A stretch of 64,000 bases of DNA from assembly GCA_964016885.1 (NCBI GenBank), contig OZ024741.1, positions 47,182,001 to 47,246,000 of the forward strand, read 5' to 3'. This document shows, piece after piece, positions 1 to 14,940 of this stretch (the stretch's first letter is position 1; each line of letters starts with the position of its first letter). Made by a program: the position numbers and the translations under genes. A model generated the notes under the pieces. That model saw nothing but the letters and a program-made list of their open reading frames with translations. It made no database searches and was not told where the DNA came from. The stretch comes from Eledone cirrhosa. Taxonomy: Eukaryota.

Positions 1-345
1 CGTAGAACAGGACGTCACTGTGTGGTGCCAAAGGTCCCGTCTTCCACATCTAGAATAAGGAGCAGGTATTGCAATAGCCTGGGATTCAAGGGCCCTCAAC
101 TCTTCAACAAGCTGCCGAGGGATCTGAGAGATTTGCATAACGTGGAGGTGGATGTCTTCAAGAAACATCTCGACATATTGTTATCCAGGATCCCGGATGA
201 GCCCACAGCAAGACACAAGGGAAACCTAAGGGCAGCAGCAACAAATTCCCTCTTACACCAGTGGCCAACCTATACAGGCTGGAGATAAAATGTGTAGCAA
301 CAAGGGCGGTGCCCCAGCATGGCCTCAGCCGGATAGCTGAAACAG
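1..345 (+). mobile_element. 3' end of a CR1-group LINE (ORF2 C-terminus)
   Basis: Translation GPQLFNKLPRDLR...FKKHLDILLSRIPDEP...TNSLLHQ matches the C-terminus of the near-complete LINE at 39.3-43.5 kb (GAQLFNFIP...FKLQLDRYLSTIRDEP...SNSLLH). Followed by (TA)n. Confidence 0.8.
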
Positions 346-373
346 GTAAAAGAGTACATATATATATATATAT

Positions 374-1038
374 AGACTTACGTAGATTAGAGAGAAACGA
401 AGCCTGCATGCTCCGATGGATGTGTAATAGTAATATACGCGAACAACAAAGCATAAATGAATTGAGAGAGAGACTGAGCATAAGAGGAATCAAATGCTGT
501 GTGCAGGAGAGGCGGTTACGCTGGTATGGACATGTAATGCGTATGAAGGATGACAGCTGCATAAAAAGGTGCAGAGCACTAGAAGTTGATGGAAACCGCG
601 GAGTGGGGAGACCCAAGTTGACCTGGGATGAGGTGATAAAAGCCGACCTTATCTAATTACACCTCTCAAAGGCGATGACACACAACCGTGACCTCTGGCG
701 TCACGCAGTAATACAGAGTACCCACCCTCCCATGGGTTCAAGCTGAAGCATATAGACAATATGCCTCCCATCCCCCACTGCAAGGTGGTCGTGGAGGTGC
801 TACAGCAAAAAAGCACCCAGCCCACACTGTAAAGTAGACGTGTAGGCGCCACGAAAAAGCACCCAGCACGCACTGTAAATGAGGTTGGTGTTAGGAAGGG
901 CATCCAGCTGTAGAAATCAAGCCAAATCAGTTCCTGTATGAGCAAGGCATGGTCAGCCGACCAGACACTGCCCACAACAGGACAACCCGTCTAACCCATG
1001 CTAGCGTGGAAGAACAGACGTAAAACGGTAATGATGAT
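374..1038 (+). mobile_element. 5'-truncated RTE-clade LINE (ORF C-terminus plus 3' UTR)
   Basis: RRLERNEACMLRWMC...RRLRWYGHVMRM...GRPKLTWDE is the RTE post-RT region. The 3' UTR ends in an ATG-repeat tail. Paralogous to 2240-2980. Confidence 0.85.
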
Positions 1039-1185
1039 ACATACATATATATATATATATACACATATATATATATACACATATATATATATATACACAT
1101 ATATACATGCATATATATCCATACATATATATGTATACATACATACATGTATACATATATATACATATGAATATATATATATATA
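1039..1185. repeat. Compound (TA)n/(TACA)n microsatellite
   Basis: Directly visible in the sequence. Confidence 0.95.
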
Positions 1186-2981
1186 GGTGATGCCCTAGAT
1201 AGGGGAAACTCTAGAGGCATTAAATTAATTGACCAGGTCATGAAGGTCACAGAAAAAGTAATAGCGCAACTAATCAGAGAGCGAATTGATCTAGATGAAA
1301 TGCAGTTCGGGTTTGTGTCAGGTAAAAGTACAACAGACGCTCTTTTCATTGTACGACAACTACAGGAGAAGTACCTAGCTAAAAGTAAACCCCTATACTT
1401 AGCTTTTGTTGACTTGGAGAAAGCCTTTGACAGAGTACCCCGCTCGATTATCTGGTAGGCCCTTAGAAAACTAGGTGTTGATGAATGGCTTGTGAGAGCT
1501 ATATATAAAGAAACAGTCAGCAAGGTTAGAATTAACAACGAATATAGTGAAGAGTTTAGCGTAAAAGTTGGTGTTCATCAGGGCTCCGTCCTTAGCCCCC
1601 TACTATTTATTATTGCCCTTCAGGCTATAACAGAGGAGTTCAAGACCGGCTGCCCATGGGAACTCCTATATGCAGATGATCTAACGCTCATAGCTGAAAC
1701 AATGGCTGAACTAGAGAAAAAATTCCAAACATGGAAGCATGGCCTAGAATCAAAAGGCCTTAAAGTTAACTTGTCTAAGACTAAACTTCTAGTTTGTAGG
1801 AAGGAAAATAGGGCACCGGTCCCTTCTGGGAAATGGCCATGCTCAGTGTGTAGGAAAGGAGTAGGTAGAAACTCCATTTTATGTCCCAAATGCAAAGTAT
1901 GGGTATATAAAAGATATAGTGGGATCACAGGTAAGCTAACTAAGAATATAGATTTTATATGTGGCCGGTGCTCTGGTGCTAGCAGCAAGTGCCCACAGAA
2001 TACTAACTCATTCCATTGCACAGATAGTTCTATAGAAATAGTGGACAGCTTCCGTTACCTGGGTGAGGGTGCAGTGAAAGTACAGTAGCTAGAGTCAGAA
2101 CGGGATGGAAAAAGTTCAGAGAGCTTATACCACTATTGGCCGCTAAAGGGTTCTCTCTAAAAATGAAAGGCAGGCTGTATGATGCCTGCATACGAACAGC
2201 AATGTTACATGGCAGTGAGACCTGGGCATTGTGTGCAGAGGATATACGCAGACTGGAGAGAAACAAAGCTTGCATGCTCCGCTGGATGTGTAATAGTAAT
2301 ATACGTGAACGGCAAAGCATAAACGAACTAAGGGAGAAATTAGAAATAAGAGGGATCAGATGTTGTTTACTCGAGAGAAGACTACGTTGGTATGGTCACA
2401 TGATGCGCATGAAAGACGACAGCTGTATAAAAAAGTGCAGGGCAATAAAAATAGACGGTAGCCACGGAGTAGGCAGACCCAGAAAAACCTGGGACGACTT
2501 GATAAATTCCGACCTCACACACTTACACCTCTCCAAGACAATGGCACTGGACCGAGATCTTTGGCGCTACACAGTAATAGAGAAGACCCGCCTTACCTAA
2601 GTGCCTACAGTCAGTAGGCACCTCTAACAAAATACACCCCCATCCCACTACCCCCACCCCATCCACACCACCCCTTTCAATGTAAAGTTATGTTGGTACC
2701 ACAACATCCAGCCCGAAACAAATGAGGTCGTGTAGGTGTCACGACAAAAAAACACACAGTCCACGCTGTAATGTGGCCGTGTAGGTAACACGGTAAAAAC
2801 CTCCCAGTTCCATACTGTAAATGTGGTTGGTGTTAGGAAGGGCATCCAGCCGTAGAAAACCCGCCAGACAGTCCTATGCAAGCAAGACAACCACTCTTGC
2901 CTCAAGTGGGAAAACGCCCGTCCAAACCCATGCGAGTGTGGAATATGGACGTTAAAGAAGATGATGATGATGATGATGATG
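1186..2981 (+). mobile_element. 5'-truncated RTE LINE; RT with stops and frameshifts; (GAT)n tail
   Basis: RT motifs [30 protein letters not shown] and LLYADDL; Cys-rich insert CSVC...CPKC...CGRC; (GAT)n tail at ~2960-2981. Confidence 0.93.
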
Positions 2982-3109
2982 ACGTGTGTGCGTATAGTTT
3001 ATATCTACTGAATTAAGTAAAAATTACAAGACACTTGTAAGCACACTTAACATAAATAGATTGGGTAAAGCTATTGTAACTTACCTAGAAATTGAAACAT
3101 ACACTGACC

Positions 3110-3330
3110 ATTATAAGCCTATGACCCCTAGAATCTCCACTAAAGATCACAAGGTTAACTTGAGTGAAAACGCCTCGATTAGTCTAATATGCCCATCTTC
3201 ATTGGACATTGGTAAAATTAGTAAAAACATCCTAGATAGAATAATACCTAAATTAAAGTTTAAGGCCAATACTATGTTATGAGGTAACACACATCAGATT
3301 ATTAATTGGTTCACTGAGATACCAGACAAG
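3110..3330 (+). mobile_element. Penelope-like element RT fragment
   Basis: KDHK...LICPSSLDIGKISKNILDRI...NTHQIINWF resembles the PLE RT region KDHK..RLINP.K..IG.ISK.IL..W.NT..VI.WF. Confidence 0.6.
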
Positions 3331-3334
3331 AAAA

Positions 3335-3500
3335 CACAAGAAATAGATAAATTTTATGCAGATCTAAGAATAGTCTTGAATAACGTAAATAGAGATGACA
3401 AACTCTTAGTGTTGGGTAATTTGAATGCTCGTATTGGGTGTAACTTTACTACAAGGAGCAGCCTAGGATGTCATGCAATGGGAAAATGCAATTAAAATGG
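3335..3500 (+). mobile_element. RTE APE endonuclease fragment
   Basis: IDKFYADLRIVLNNVNRDDKLLVLGNLNARIG contains a GDFNAR-type motif. Confidence 0.65.
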
Positions 3501-3519
3501 AGTTCTGTTAGGTGTGCTA

Positions 3520-4750
3520 GAAATTCAATCTTTCCCTCACCACTGAGCCCATCCTTACCTGCTCCTCTCACCATCTCATGCATATAACTATCCGCTCCAC
3601 TCTCTCTCAAATCTGTTCTTTCGACCAAGATCTCCCCAAGGCCTATCTTCATCTCTCCTCCACTTGCCAGCCCTCCTCACCCAATCCCTCGTCCAATTCA
3701 TTCTTCACCTCAATCGCCTCTTCAATTTTCTTACCTCTAGCAAATATCACAAACACTACTTACTCTGTTGCCCGACTGCCATCACCACACATGCTCATCT
3801 CGCCTCCTGATCCCACCTCTGGCTACCAGCAGCTCATCTCTTCAACCTCCTGCTCCCTACTGCCACCACACCTTTTAGTACGCACCCCTCGCACACCATC
3901 TACTTACTCTCCAAAATACATAAACCTAATAATCTCGGCCGTTCTATCGTTTCCGCCTGTAACTGCTCCACTGAAATCATCTAATACCCTCCTCACCCTC
4001 TTGGTCTCTGGCCTCCACAACACCAATCATCGCCTTCTCTTCACCCTGGATATCACCTCTCTCTATACCATCCTCCTCCATCATGATGACCTCTGCACTC
4101 TCCAACACTTTTTGGACCTACGCTTTACCCGTACCCTAGCACTTTCACTCTCCTTCTTGCTGAGCCTATTCTCATCATCAATGGGTTTTCCTTTTCCATA
4201 GAGTTTTACCAGCAGCTCTCTTGGGTAGCCATGGGAGTCACAATGGGTCCAAATTATGCCAACTTATTTGTTGGTTACGTCGAGGCCCGGATCTTTTCCC
4301 AGTACACTGGACCTACCCCTGAGCTATAAGGTCGTTACATCGACGACTGTATCGGCGCTACCTCTCTCTCATGTAAACAGCTCGACTGTTTTCTCTCCAT
4401 CCAATCTTTTCATCCTACTCTGACCTTCACATCCAAATCCGATTCTTCTGGACAATTTCTCGATATCTCTCTTTCTCTATTGATCACACTCACCACACCC
4501 ACTACTTCCATCTACAAACCCATTGACTCCCACTCTTACGTACTCCACACCACCCACATCAAACACTCTATACCCTACTCCCAATTTCCCAGTCTTCGTC
4601 AGCTCTGCAGCCAGGACCATGATTGCGATATCCAGTCTCAACACATGGCTTCTCATTTCATCTAGCGTGGATATCCACCCGCTGTCATTCAAGCTGCCCT
4701 TACCCGTGCCCGTTTTACAAACTGCACCACAGCCCTCTCACCCACTAACA
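3520..4750 (+). mobile_element. Degenerate Penelope-like element RT
   Basis: Across frames: KIHKPNNLGRSIVS, FTLDITSLYT, VAMGVTMGPNYANLFVG, RYIDDC and YKPIDSHSY. Confidence 0.85.
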
Positions 4751-5039
4751 GCCTCCCCCCCCCCCCCCCTTCATCTACGACCCGTCTATCTTACCACTAT
4801 GTCGCCACATCCTTCATTGTTTCCGAACCCTCATTTCCTACGTTGTTTCTCACCATCACTCATTTCTTACTTCTATGTACTGTGCTGCTTGTTTGTTTTT
4901 TTTTGTTATTACTTTTACATATATTATGTCTGATAGTATACAGTTCTATAACTGCTATAGCTCAGTCAATATATCAATATGATCAACCCTCCATACAATT
5001 GTAAAACAATGAATATGTAAAATAACTTGCCTTTGTTAT

Positions 5040-5612
5040 CATTGTTAAAAAAGACTACTATATAATGTAGGCTGTATCTACAAGATTGACTCAGCGAAAT
5101 ACAAACTAATCATGAATGTAACTAATATCCAATGGAACCATATAATGATATGAAAGAGGAGACAACTGACGAAGAACAAGTTAGTAAAGCTGATTATAAA
5201 AAGTACTTTGAATTAATCAATGAACTTAAAATTGTCAGTTCAAAAATTTGCCCTGTGAGTTTAAAGCACATATTTTCAGCAGAAAAAGATATTAACAGCC
5301 TACTTAACAGTAAAAAGAAGCAAAAAAAGATTTTTGAATTTATGACACCTGTAAAGAAGAATTGAACATCATAAATAAGAATACAATTAAATGTTAAATT
5401 AAAATTTTTGTCATGTTTTTACAGTTTTTTTTTTGGGGGGGGGGATAATGTCAAAATAACCAACTTTTCTTTAAAAATGTTATTAAAAAATAACTTAAAT
5501 TCAAAATTTTGTCAAAAACTTCGTTATTAACAGATTTTAATATAAAAACTCTCAAAAATGAACTTTCAAAAATTTTGTAAAACAAATTGTTCGTTATTGA
5601 CAGATTAGACTG
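5040..5612 (+). mobile_element. Probable Tigger/pogo-like transposon 3' end
   Basis: ORF 5132-5365 ends KKQKKIFEF (pogo-type KQxxIxxF tail). A TIR-like end ...TTCGTTATTGACAGATTAGACTG lies at ~5612, with a subterminal repeat TTCGTTATTAACAGATT at ~5520. Confidence 0.4.
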
Positions 5613-5904
5613 TTGTCTGTTTCTTGTATTCTGAACTACACCACGCTTACACGGCTGCCTACGTCACCAACTTGGATTTACCTACGATTGGATTAACGAA
5701 TCACCACCTATCCACCAGTCTCCTCCCGTAGGATCTTCATTACTGGCTTAACACCGCTACAATTCACCGTGACCCACCTCTTGACTTTCATCTAAAAAAC
5801 TTTTGTTTCTGATTTTCTTAACTTTTTCTGTTTTTTTCCGATTTTCTGACCTCCTCCAAACTTCGTGTTTTATCTCTTTTTTCTCGTTAACTACCCCCCA
5901 CTAT

Positions 5905-5934
5905 CCTGATGAAGGGCTTATGCCCAAAACGTCG
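5905..5934 (+). ncRNA. Degenerate minimal hammerhead ribozyme core (PLE terminal-repeat type)
   Basis: CTGATGA-A-GGGC-TTAT-GCCC-AAAA-CGTC. Core and stem II are intact; GAAA is mutated to AAAA at a CpG; no stem I is evident. Confidence 0.6.
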
Positions 5935-6029
5935 CCACGACATGCTCCATTCTCACTAAGTGTGAAACTAATACCATTTGTAACGTACTCCTGCGTTGTC
6001 TGTTTTTTTGTATTCAGAACTATATATCA

Positions 6030-6372
6030 TTCATTTCATCATTTCATTTTACGTCCACTTTTCCCTGCTTGCAATTGTGGGACGGGAACTGATTCTGGCT
6101 TGATTTCTACAGCTGGATGCCCTTCTTCCTAACACCAACCTCATTTACAGTGAGTGCTGGGTGCTTTTTTCCGTGGCACCTCCACGACCACTTTGCAGTG
6201 GAATGATATGGACCCCCAGTCCCTATCATCTCATTTCTACAGCTGAGTAAACTGGAGCAATGTGAAATAAAGTGTCTTGCTCAAGGAAACAACACATCAC
6301 CCGGTCTGAGAATTGAACTCACAATCTTTCGATTGCAAGGCCAGTGCTCTAACCACTAAGCCATGTGCCTCC
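6030..6372 (-). mobile_element. tRNA-derived SINE, family A (CORE/Meta-like body, RTE-derived tail)
   Basis: The minus strand begins GGAGGCACATGGCTTAGTGGTTAGAGC (A box)...GAGTTCAATTC (B box), then TCCTTGAGCAAGACACTTTATTTCAC. The tail matches the RTE 3' UTR at ~775-935. A second copy lies at 55395-55815. Confidence 0.85.
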
Positions 6373-6820
6373 ATATATATATATATATATATAAACCAGC
6401 ATGCTAACTCTATATCACTGTCTAATCACCTGTTAGCATTTAATGTCCGGAAAGGTTTTAGGCACTACCATTGTTACTGTCGCACTATTTCTCGCCATGG
6501 GACTTGGAGACTAGAGCCAAATGCTACCATTCTATTGTACAGTGATTGGAGACTGGATTTTTCTAATAACCAATCTTTCACTAACTTATTAATTTGTGTT
6601 TGAGATTTGTTGGCTGAGTGCTTATGGCGGGAGTGGAACTATTTGAATTTCGTCTGCCGTCATAAATTTCTGAAACAGTAACCAATTGTTGGACGGCATT
6701 GTGATGACGCATAGGGATTTCAGTTGCTACTCGCTTTACTGTGTTGGCCGTCACATACAGTCATAGCCAACACAGACTGGAATCAAATTCTGTCGATCGA
6801 TTGGTTATTGATTAGGCAAA

Positions 6821-6931
6821 ACCTGCTGATGAAGCCACATGCGCTGGTTGTGCATTGTTGCATAATAAATGCAGACAGTGGATGCTGTGCACTGTTACTA
6901 CATTAAGTGTGGCCAAAACTCAAGTACAGGT
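6821..6931 (+). ncRNA. Type I hammerhead ribozyme remnant with elongated stem II
   Basis: Stem I ACCTG (6821-25)/CAGGT (6927-31); CTGATGA at 6826-32; stem II GCCACA (6834-39)/TGTGGC (6908-13); then C-AAAA-CTCAAG-TA, which is CGAAACTCGAGTA after reverting two CpG>CpA changes. Confidence 0.65.
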
Positions 6932-7184
6932 AAAGATTGAAGGTACCCATTTAGGTGTGTTGTATTGAAGCGAATAACTATATGTCTACTCTGGGAGTTT
7001 ACTTAACATTACCTATTGAGTATGCTGAGATGCAACCGGTCCTAGCAGTGAAACCCATGTTAGTTCCGTCAACTTATATATATAAATCATGATTCATGAT
7101 CATGATTGAGGTGTTATTTAATAATTATTACATAACTAAGGTTATCTGGACACTGGATATCTTTACAGCTTAATTAGTCTACCA

Positions 7185-9730
<2,546 letters not shown>

Positions 9731-9899
9731 GTCTACCATAACAATTACCTCAAATCTAGATTAGTTAAAAACATCACCTAATACAACACGCATCTTTATA
9801 GGAAAAATAACACTTGCTCTAATATTTTTAAAAAAAACTTACTTATATAATGGAACTTTAATGATTTATTAAATTGCTTTATGTTTTATATTTTCTATG

Positions 9900-10732
9900 C
9901 TTTCTGAACCCTGAACTTGTGCAGTTACGCTGTATCATCTAGACGATGTAGCCGCATATGTTCAGAAATTCGAGCATGTCACTAACCAGTTGGCGTGCAT
10001 AGTGCATTGTTTTATGAATATCGACTTCTTCCGGGTGTTGTTCTGCAGTGGAGCTATCATCGGATTGCAATGTAGAGCCATTCTTATCATTCACGACTGC
10101 ACAAGCGAAGGACTATCCCAAACTGGCGATAGCATTCAATAAGATCTACAACAATTTGATACATATTGATCCCAGTAAATTATTATCTACCGACCAACCA
10201 GCTTTGAGTTTCGTATCAGAAGAACGTTTCAGACAGATCCGATATGATGACGAAATGTGCGATGCGATAAATGCGACGACCAGCGAGTTGAGAGATGATG
10301 TACTTATTGTCATAAAGGTGCTCTTACCAAAGTTGGGTGATGGCTTCCAGAAGCAAAAGGGCGACATATTCGGATTTGGAGAAGCTCGCGATTCTCCATA
10401 CGCCTTATCAAAGATGGACACTGCCAAACTTGAAAAAGCGCCTATTCACAACCTCAATTCAGAAAGAGGCGCGGGCTTTATTAATTACGAATTGACTCGC
10501 CGAGGCGCGAAACAATTGGCCGCCACTTCTTCATCTCAAGTAAAGATGAAGGCTAAAGACCTGATCGAAAACGAGTCAGGGTATTTCGTCAAATACAGGA
10601 AGTTGGTTAGAAAAGGCGGCCAAATACCTGAAATTATGAAAGCATGGACTGTAAGACAGGAGGAGTTAACACGCGAAGGCCTCGCAACCAAAGAAAATGC
10701 CAATATCGCCCCGACAAGCGACGAAACAAGGA
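9900..10732 (+). pseudogene. Fragment of a divergent transposase-like gene (hAT-like C-terminal motif)
   Basis: Long GC-richer reading frame (ORF 10048-10737 plus an upstream frameshifted part) containing APIHNLNSERGAGFINYEL, reminiscent of the hAT PxxxxxxER motif. Cut off by the LTR at 10733. Confidence 0.4.
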
Positions 10733-13070
10733 TATAGTAAGATGCCTCTCGCCACCTTATGGCGAATAAAGTAAACAGAGTCGTCTCCCTTGTTTGTGAC
10801 GTCACAATAAACTCAGCAGCAGCAATCCTCTTTCGACAAGAACTCTGAAAGGAGTCAGACGTGTTCATTATGGGCTCTCAAAAATAACCACTGCGGAATG
10901 TTGGCAGAGTTAAACACGGGACTTGCATGTTCTTAAATTAATATAGTATAAAAGTTCAAAGGTATGTATGTTACTCTATTATAATGTTGCATTCACATCG
11001 AATAAATATGTTGATAACTGAAAGAAACAAAGTAGTTACATTTTCTGTTCAAGAAGTTAGATACGCATTATCTAAAGTGGTGACCAGAACATGGAAAATG
11101 TAACTTTTAAAAATCTTTCAACCTATTTAAGACCTTCATCTCTTTGTTAAACATGACATTTGTTCTTTCTCTTCGGCAAAAACGAACACACAGACATATG
11201 CTGAACTTTTCGTTCAGACAGACTCTTTCACTCACCTAATATAAAAAAATAAACAAAAAGACATTTTAATAGTAACTTTAACGCAAATTAAACAAACATA
11301 GAAGGCAATCAATGGAAAAAGCAAACAAAAAAAACTATACCTTTCAATGTGTATGAACTTTTGCTGTTTACCTCGGGCGTCATAACTGAGAATTTTGTCT
11401 TACCTGATGGACACTTTGAATTTCCCGAAATGAGGCCACACACATCGACATTCTTTTTTCATCAACTTCATTTTGCTTCGTTGGAACAGTTTTTCTGAAT
11501 TTTATCTCATGTTTTGACAAAATTGGCAATGTGGCAGTTTTCGTCGGCAAGTTTTAGCGCCAAACTTCATACTCCAAATGGTGCTTCATCATTGGCTGAC
11601 ACGGGTTAGGTGGTACCCGTCTTCTCCAACATTCAACAATTTCACTACCTAATGGACGCCATTGTGAAAATGTTTACGAACTTTCAATTTCCAAGTGAAA
11701 AGACTTATGTTGTGACATTTATTATGTTAATACTATGAACATTTCTTGGACAATTTTCGTTACTGTGTTACCTATGTGCAAAACAAATGAAAAAAAAATT
11801 TTTTTTTGTTTTTCTTCTAGCATTTTGCTTTGGTTCTCCTTGATATTGCATGCATTTATCCTGTTTTTCCTCACTTTGCACATTATTTTATTTTTTTCTC
11901 TTCGGCATATTTTATTATTTGACTAATCCCAAATTTTGTAAAGGAAGAGAGAGGAAGAGAAAATATTTTTTTTTCTTTCTCTTTTTCTTTTCCTTGGACT
12001 GTATGATTTGTCTCGCTTGTTAAGACAAAACGAAAAAGACAGACGTTAAAAGGGGATTATTTATATATATATATATATTTTTTTTTTCTTTTTGCCTGAC
12101 GTTTTATTTTGTTTTTCCCATCATTACGGACTATTTATTGTCGTCTTGATTTGTTCCTTTTACTTTTCCTTGTAAACTGGCTATTGTCTAGCCATGAATA
12201 CCCCACACTTGCCTGCATTTACTGGGAATCCGAAACTGTGGTTTGCTCATATTTTACCGTCTGCAGAACCGAGCTTGAACACCGGCTCGCCGTATTAATT
12301 AACGGATTGCCTCCTAATTTGGCGCAATTGGTTCATGATTTAATAACCGACCCCCCGCTGACATTACCTATGCGTATGGAGATTTTACGAAGGAATAGTA
12401 AATCGGCGGAAAGTCGTTTTCGTATGTTGATCAAGGACGAACGCTTAGGCAAGCGGACGCCTACCGCCTTTTTGCAGCATTTGCGGGGATTGAATGATTC
12501 CCAAGGTCAGGATAGCTCCTTCCTGAAACAACTCTTCTTCTCTCGCCTCCCTCAGGATGTACAAGCGATACTTGCCAATATGGTGGACGTCAGTTCATTA
12601 GACGACATTGCCGACTCCGCCAACAAAAGCGTGGAGGTTATGAAGCGCGACACTTCAAAACAACTATATGTTGCTTCCTCTTCTGTTGCCTCCTCTTCTG
12701 TTGACCAGCAACACTTACCATCGCGCGAGGAGAAGGTGCTCGAAACAATGGAAGCACTGACTCGCCAACTATCAGAGTTGTGTAAGGAACTCAAATCATC
12801 TGGACGGCATAGGAGTCGCTCCCATTCATTTTCAACTCCTCGCCGCCATAGCCGTTCCAGACCTACCAATTCACCTTTTTGTTAGTACCACGAGACTTAC
12901 GGCGATAAAGCCGCACATTGCAGAGCTCCTTGTTCTTTTAAGGAAAACGGCAGCCAGAGTCACTGATGGCGGATAGTGCACTCTGTGACATATCGCCCAG
13001 CCACCATTTCTTTATTGAGGACCTACTATCTGGTAGAGCCTTTCTGGTTGACACAGGTGTGCCTCTTGTT
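10733..13070 (+). mobile_element. 5' part of a Gypsy LTR retrotransposon, CsRn1 lineage (LTR, tRNA-Trp PBS, gag, start of protease)
   Basis: Probable LTR 10733-11076; PBS TGGTGACC at 11078; gag LGKRTPTAFLQHLRGL...FFSRLP; CHCC knuckle C*YHETYGDKAAHCRAPC; protease FLVDTG in the -1 frame. Confidence 0.85.
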
Positions 13071-13934
13071 CTATTTGGCCTAGTCAATATAGTTGGTTCA
13101 ATAACAGTTTCCCATATCCGGCATCATGGATTTCCGGCATATTGGATGGTCGTAATGCAAAAACAAGACCATAAATGAGTGTGACGAAAAAATATCAAGT
13201 ATAGGTGCAATAATAGCGGACTTTTCCTTCTTTTCGACCATCCTCAACTTCAGAGGATATGTACAGGGGATTTCCGGCCCTCGGGAAAAATTTTTAGTAT
13301 GATTTCAGTGAATGGTATAGGTCACTACATATTTTAAAGGGGGCCCGGAACTTGAGTCTGCAGATTTGTAAATTAACACACACTTAAAGGCCTTTTGCTC
13401 TTTCTTAAACAAACCAAGGACAAACAAGGTGTTACTGCCAACACTAAAACCCCAACATCAATACCCGAAACAAAACAACAATACAAAAACTCACAACATC
13501 CACTCCCACACCACCACAGATCAGAGACAACAATACACACAAAACCCTACTGAAAAACCCTCCCTTGCCTCCTCTCTTTCTGTCAAATATTTCCACAAAC
13601 ACCTACACAAACACTCCACCACACAACATACCCCTCCCATCTACCCCTGATTCAGGTCTCAGACATGGGAACCTCTACATCTCCAAATGAGGATGAACTC
13701 CAAAAATCCAAGAAATAAAAAACACAGAAAAAAATACAAAAACAGAAACATCCACAGAAAACACACACACAGACAACACTGACATAAGCACATCAACTAT
13801 AGATCATGCAGCAGCAAAAGATAACTTCAACTACAATATGTTTATATATGTTTATGTTTGTCATTTTTGTTATGACTGCATGGGCTGTAGTGTCTATACA
13901 TTTTTGTATTTTTATTTATGGGCATATATATGTA

Positions 13935-13964
13935 TGTGTGTTAGTATACATTTATGTATGTATA

Positions 13965-14021
<57 letters not shown>

Positions 14022-14200
14022 ATGTGTGAGTGAGCGAGTGAGAGTGAATGAGCGAATGAGCATGAGGGAGCGAGTGAGCGTGAGGGAGCGAGTGAGCGTG
14101 AGGGAGCGAGTGAGCGTGAGGGAGTGAGTGAGCGTGAGTGAGCGAGTGAGCGTGATTGACCGTGCGCGCGTAAGTATGTGTATATGTGTGTACATGTGGC
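13935..14200. repeat. (TG)n/(TA)n microsatellite plus 18-bp GAGGGAGCGAGTGAGCGT minisatellite
   Basis: Directly visible in the sequence. Confidence 0.9.
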
Positions 14201-14879
14201 TATGTATATTATTTATGTACATATAGGTAGGTGTATATATACATATAGATCTCTATATAACTATATAAAAACAAACATATCTATATATCTGAACAAACAA
14301 TCTACGAAATTGAACACTTATCTGCGTCGCAACTCAACTGACTCAAACCGTTTTTCAAGCAAGGAAAAGCGGGCATAAAATGATGATGATGATATACGTG
14401 CCTATTTCCATATGCGTGTATGTATGTAAATGTATATGTATATATATGTGTGTGTGTACATACCTAATTTTGTATACATGTGTGTATTTAATTGTATTAA
14501 TACATACATACATATAAATGTGGGTAATATTAAATATCCAATTGTAAGTACGAGAATAGCTCAATGTAAAATACCTTTGCTATCTTTTCTTATATAAATG
14601 TTGATACTTATGCTTACTTCCTGTATTATGTATCCTCAAAATGTTCTTATGAGAAACTATTATATTTGTGTTTTAACCTTTATTATATACTCCAATGATT
14701 CAGGTCTTGTGCTAGGATGAAACAATTGTAAGTGATTAAATGTTCTAAACACTCTTTGATTGTTGTGTGTGTATTTATATATTTATTTCTTTAAGTCTAT
14801 ATTTCTTCCTTATCTTTTATATTTTTTATCAACTTTTATCAAATTTATATTTCTCCAGACCAACTTAAGTCTCAATACA

Positions 14880-14940
14880 TACGCCTTTAGCCTCGATGTC
14901 TCCCTCTACACTAGTCCCCACTCACCCAGTTGTCAACTAC
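14880..14940 (+). mobile_element. Small PLE RT remnant
   Basis: GCCTTTAGCCTCGATGTCTCCCTCTACA is nearly identical to 33533-33565 (AFSLDVVSLY). Confidence 0.5.

Noticed and set aside
6290-6372. tRNA genes at SINE heads (also 46960-47051, 50760-50850, 55740-55815)
   Set aside because: A and B boxes are present but there is no complete cloverleaf, and each continues into a SINE body.
11340-11700. Antisense CxxC-containing accessory ORF in Gypsy 5' regions (also ~23460-23745)
   Set aside because: The frames are full of stops and the two regions show no clear similarity; not supportable by eye.
13806-14564. YI/IY-rich short ORFs (also 927-1538 and 998-1186)
   Set aside because: Translations of (TA)n/(TG)n microsatellites.
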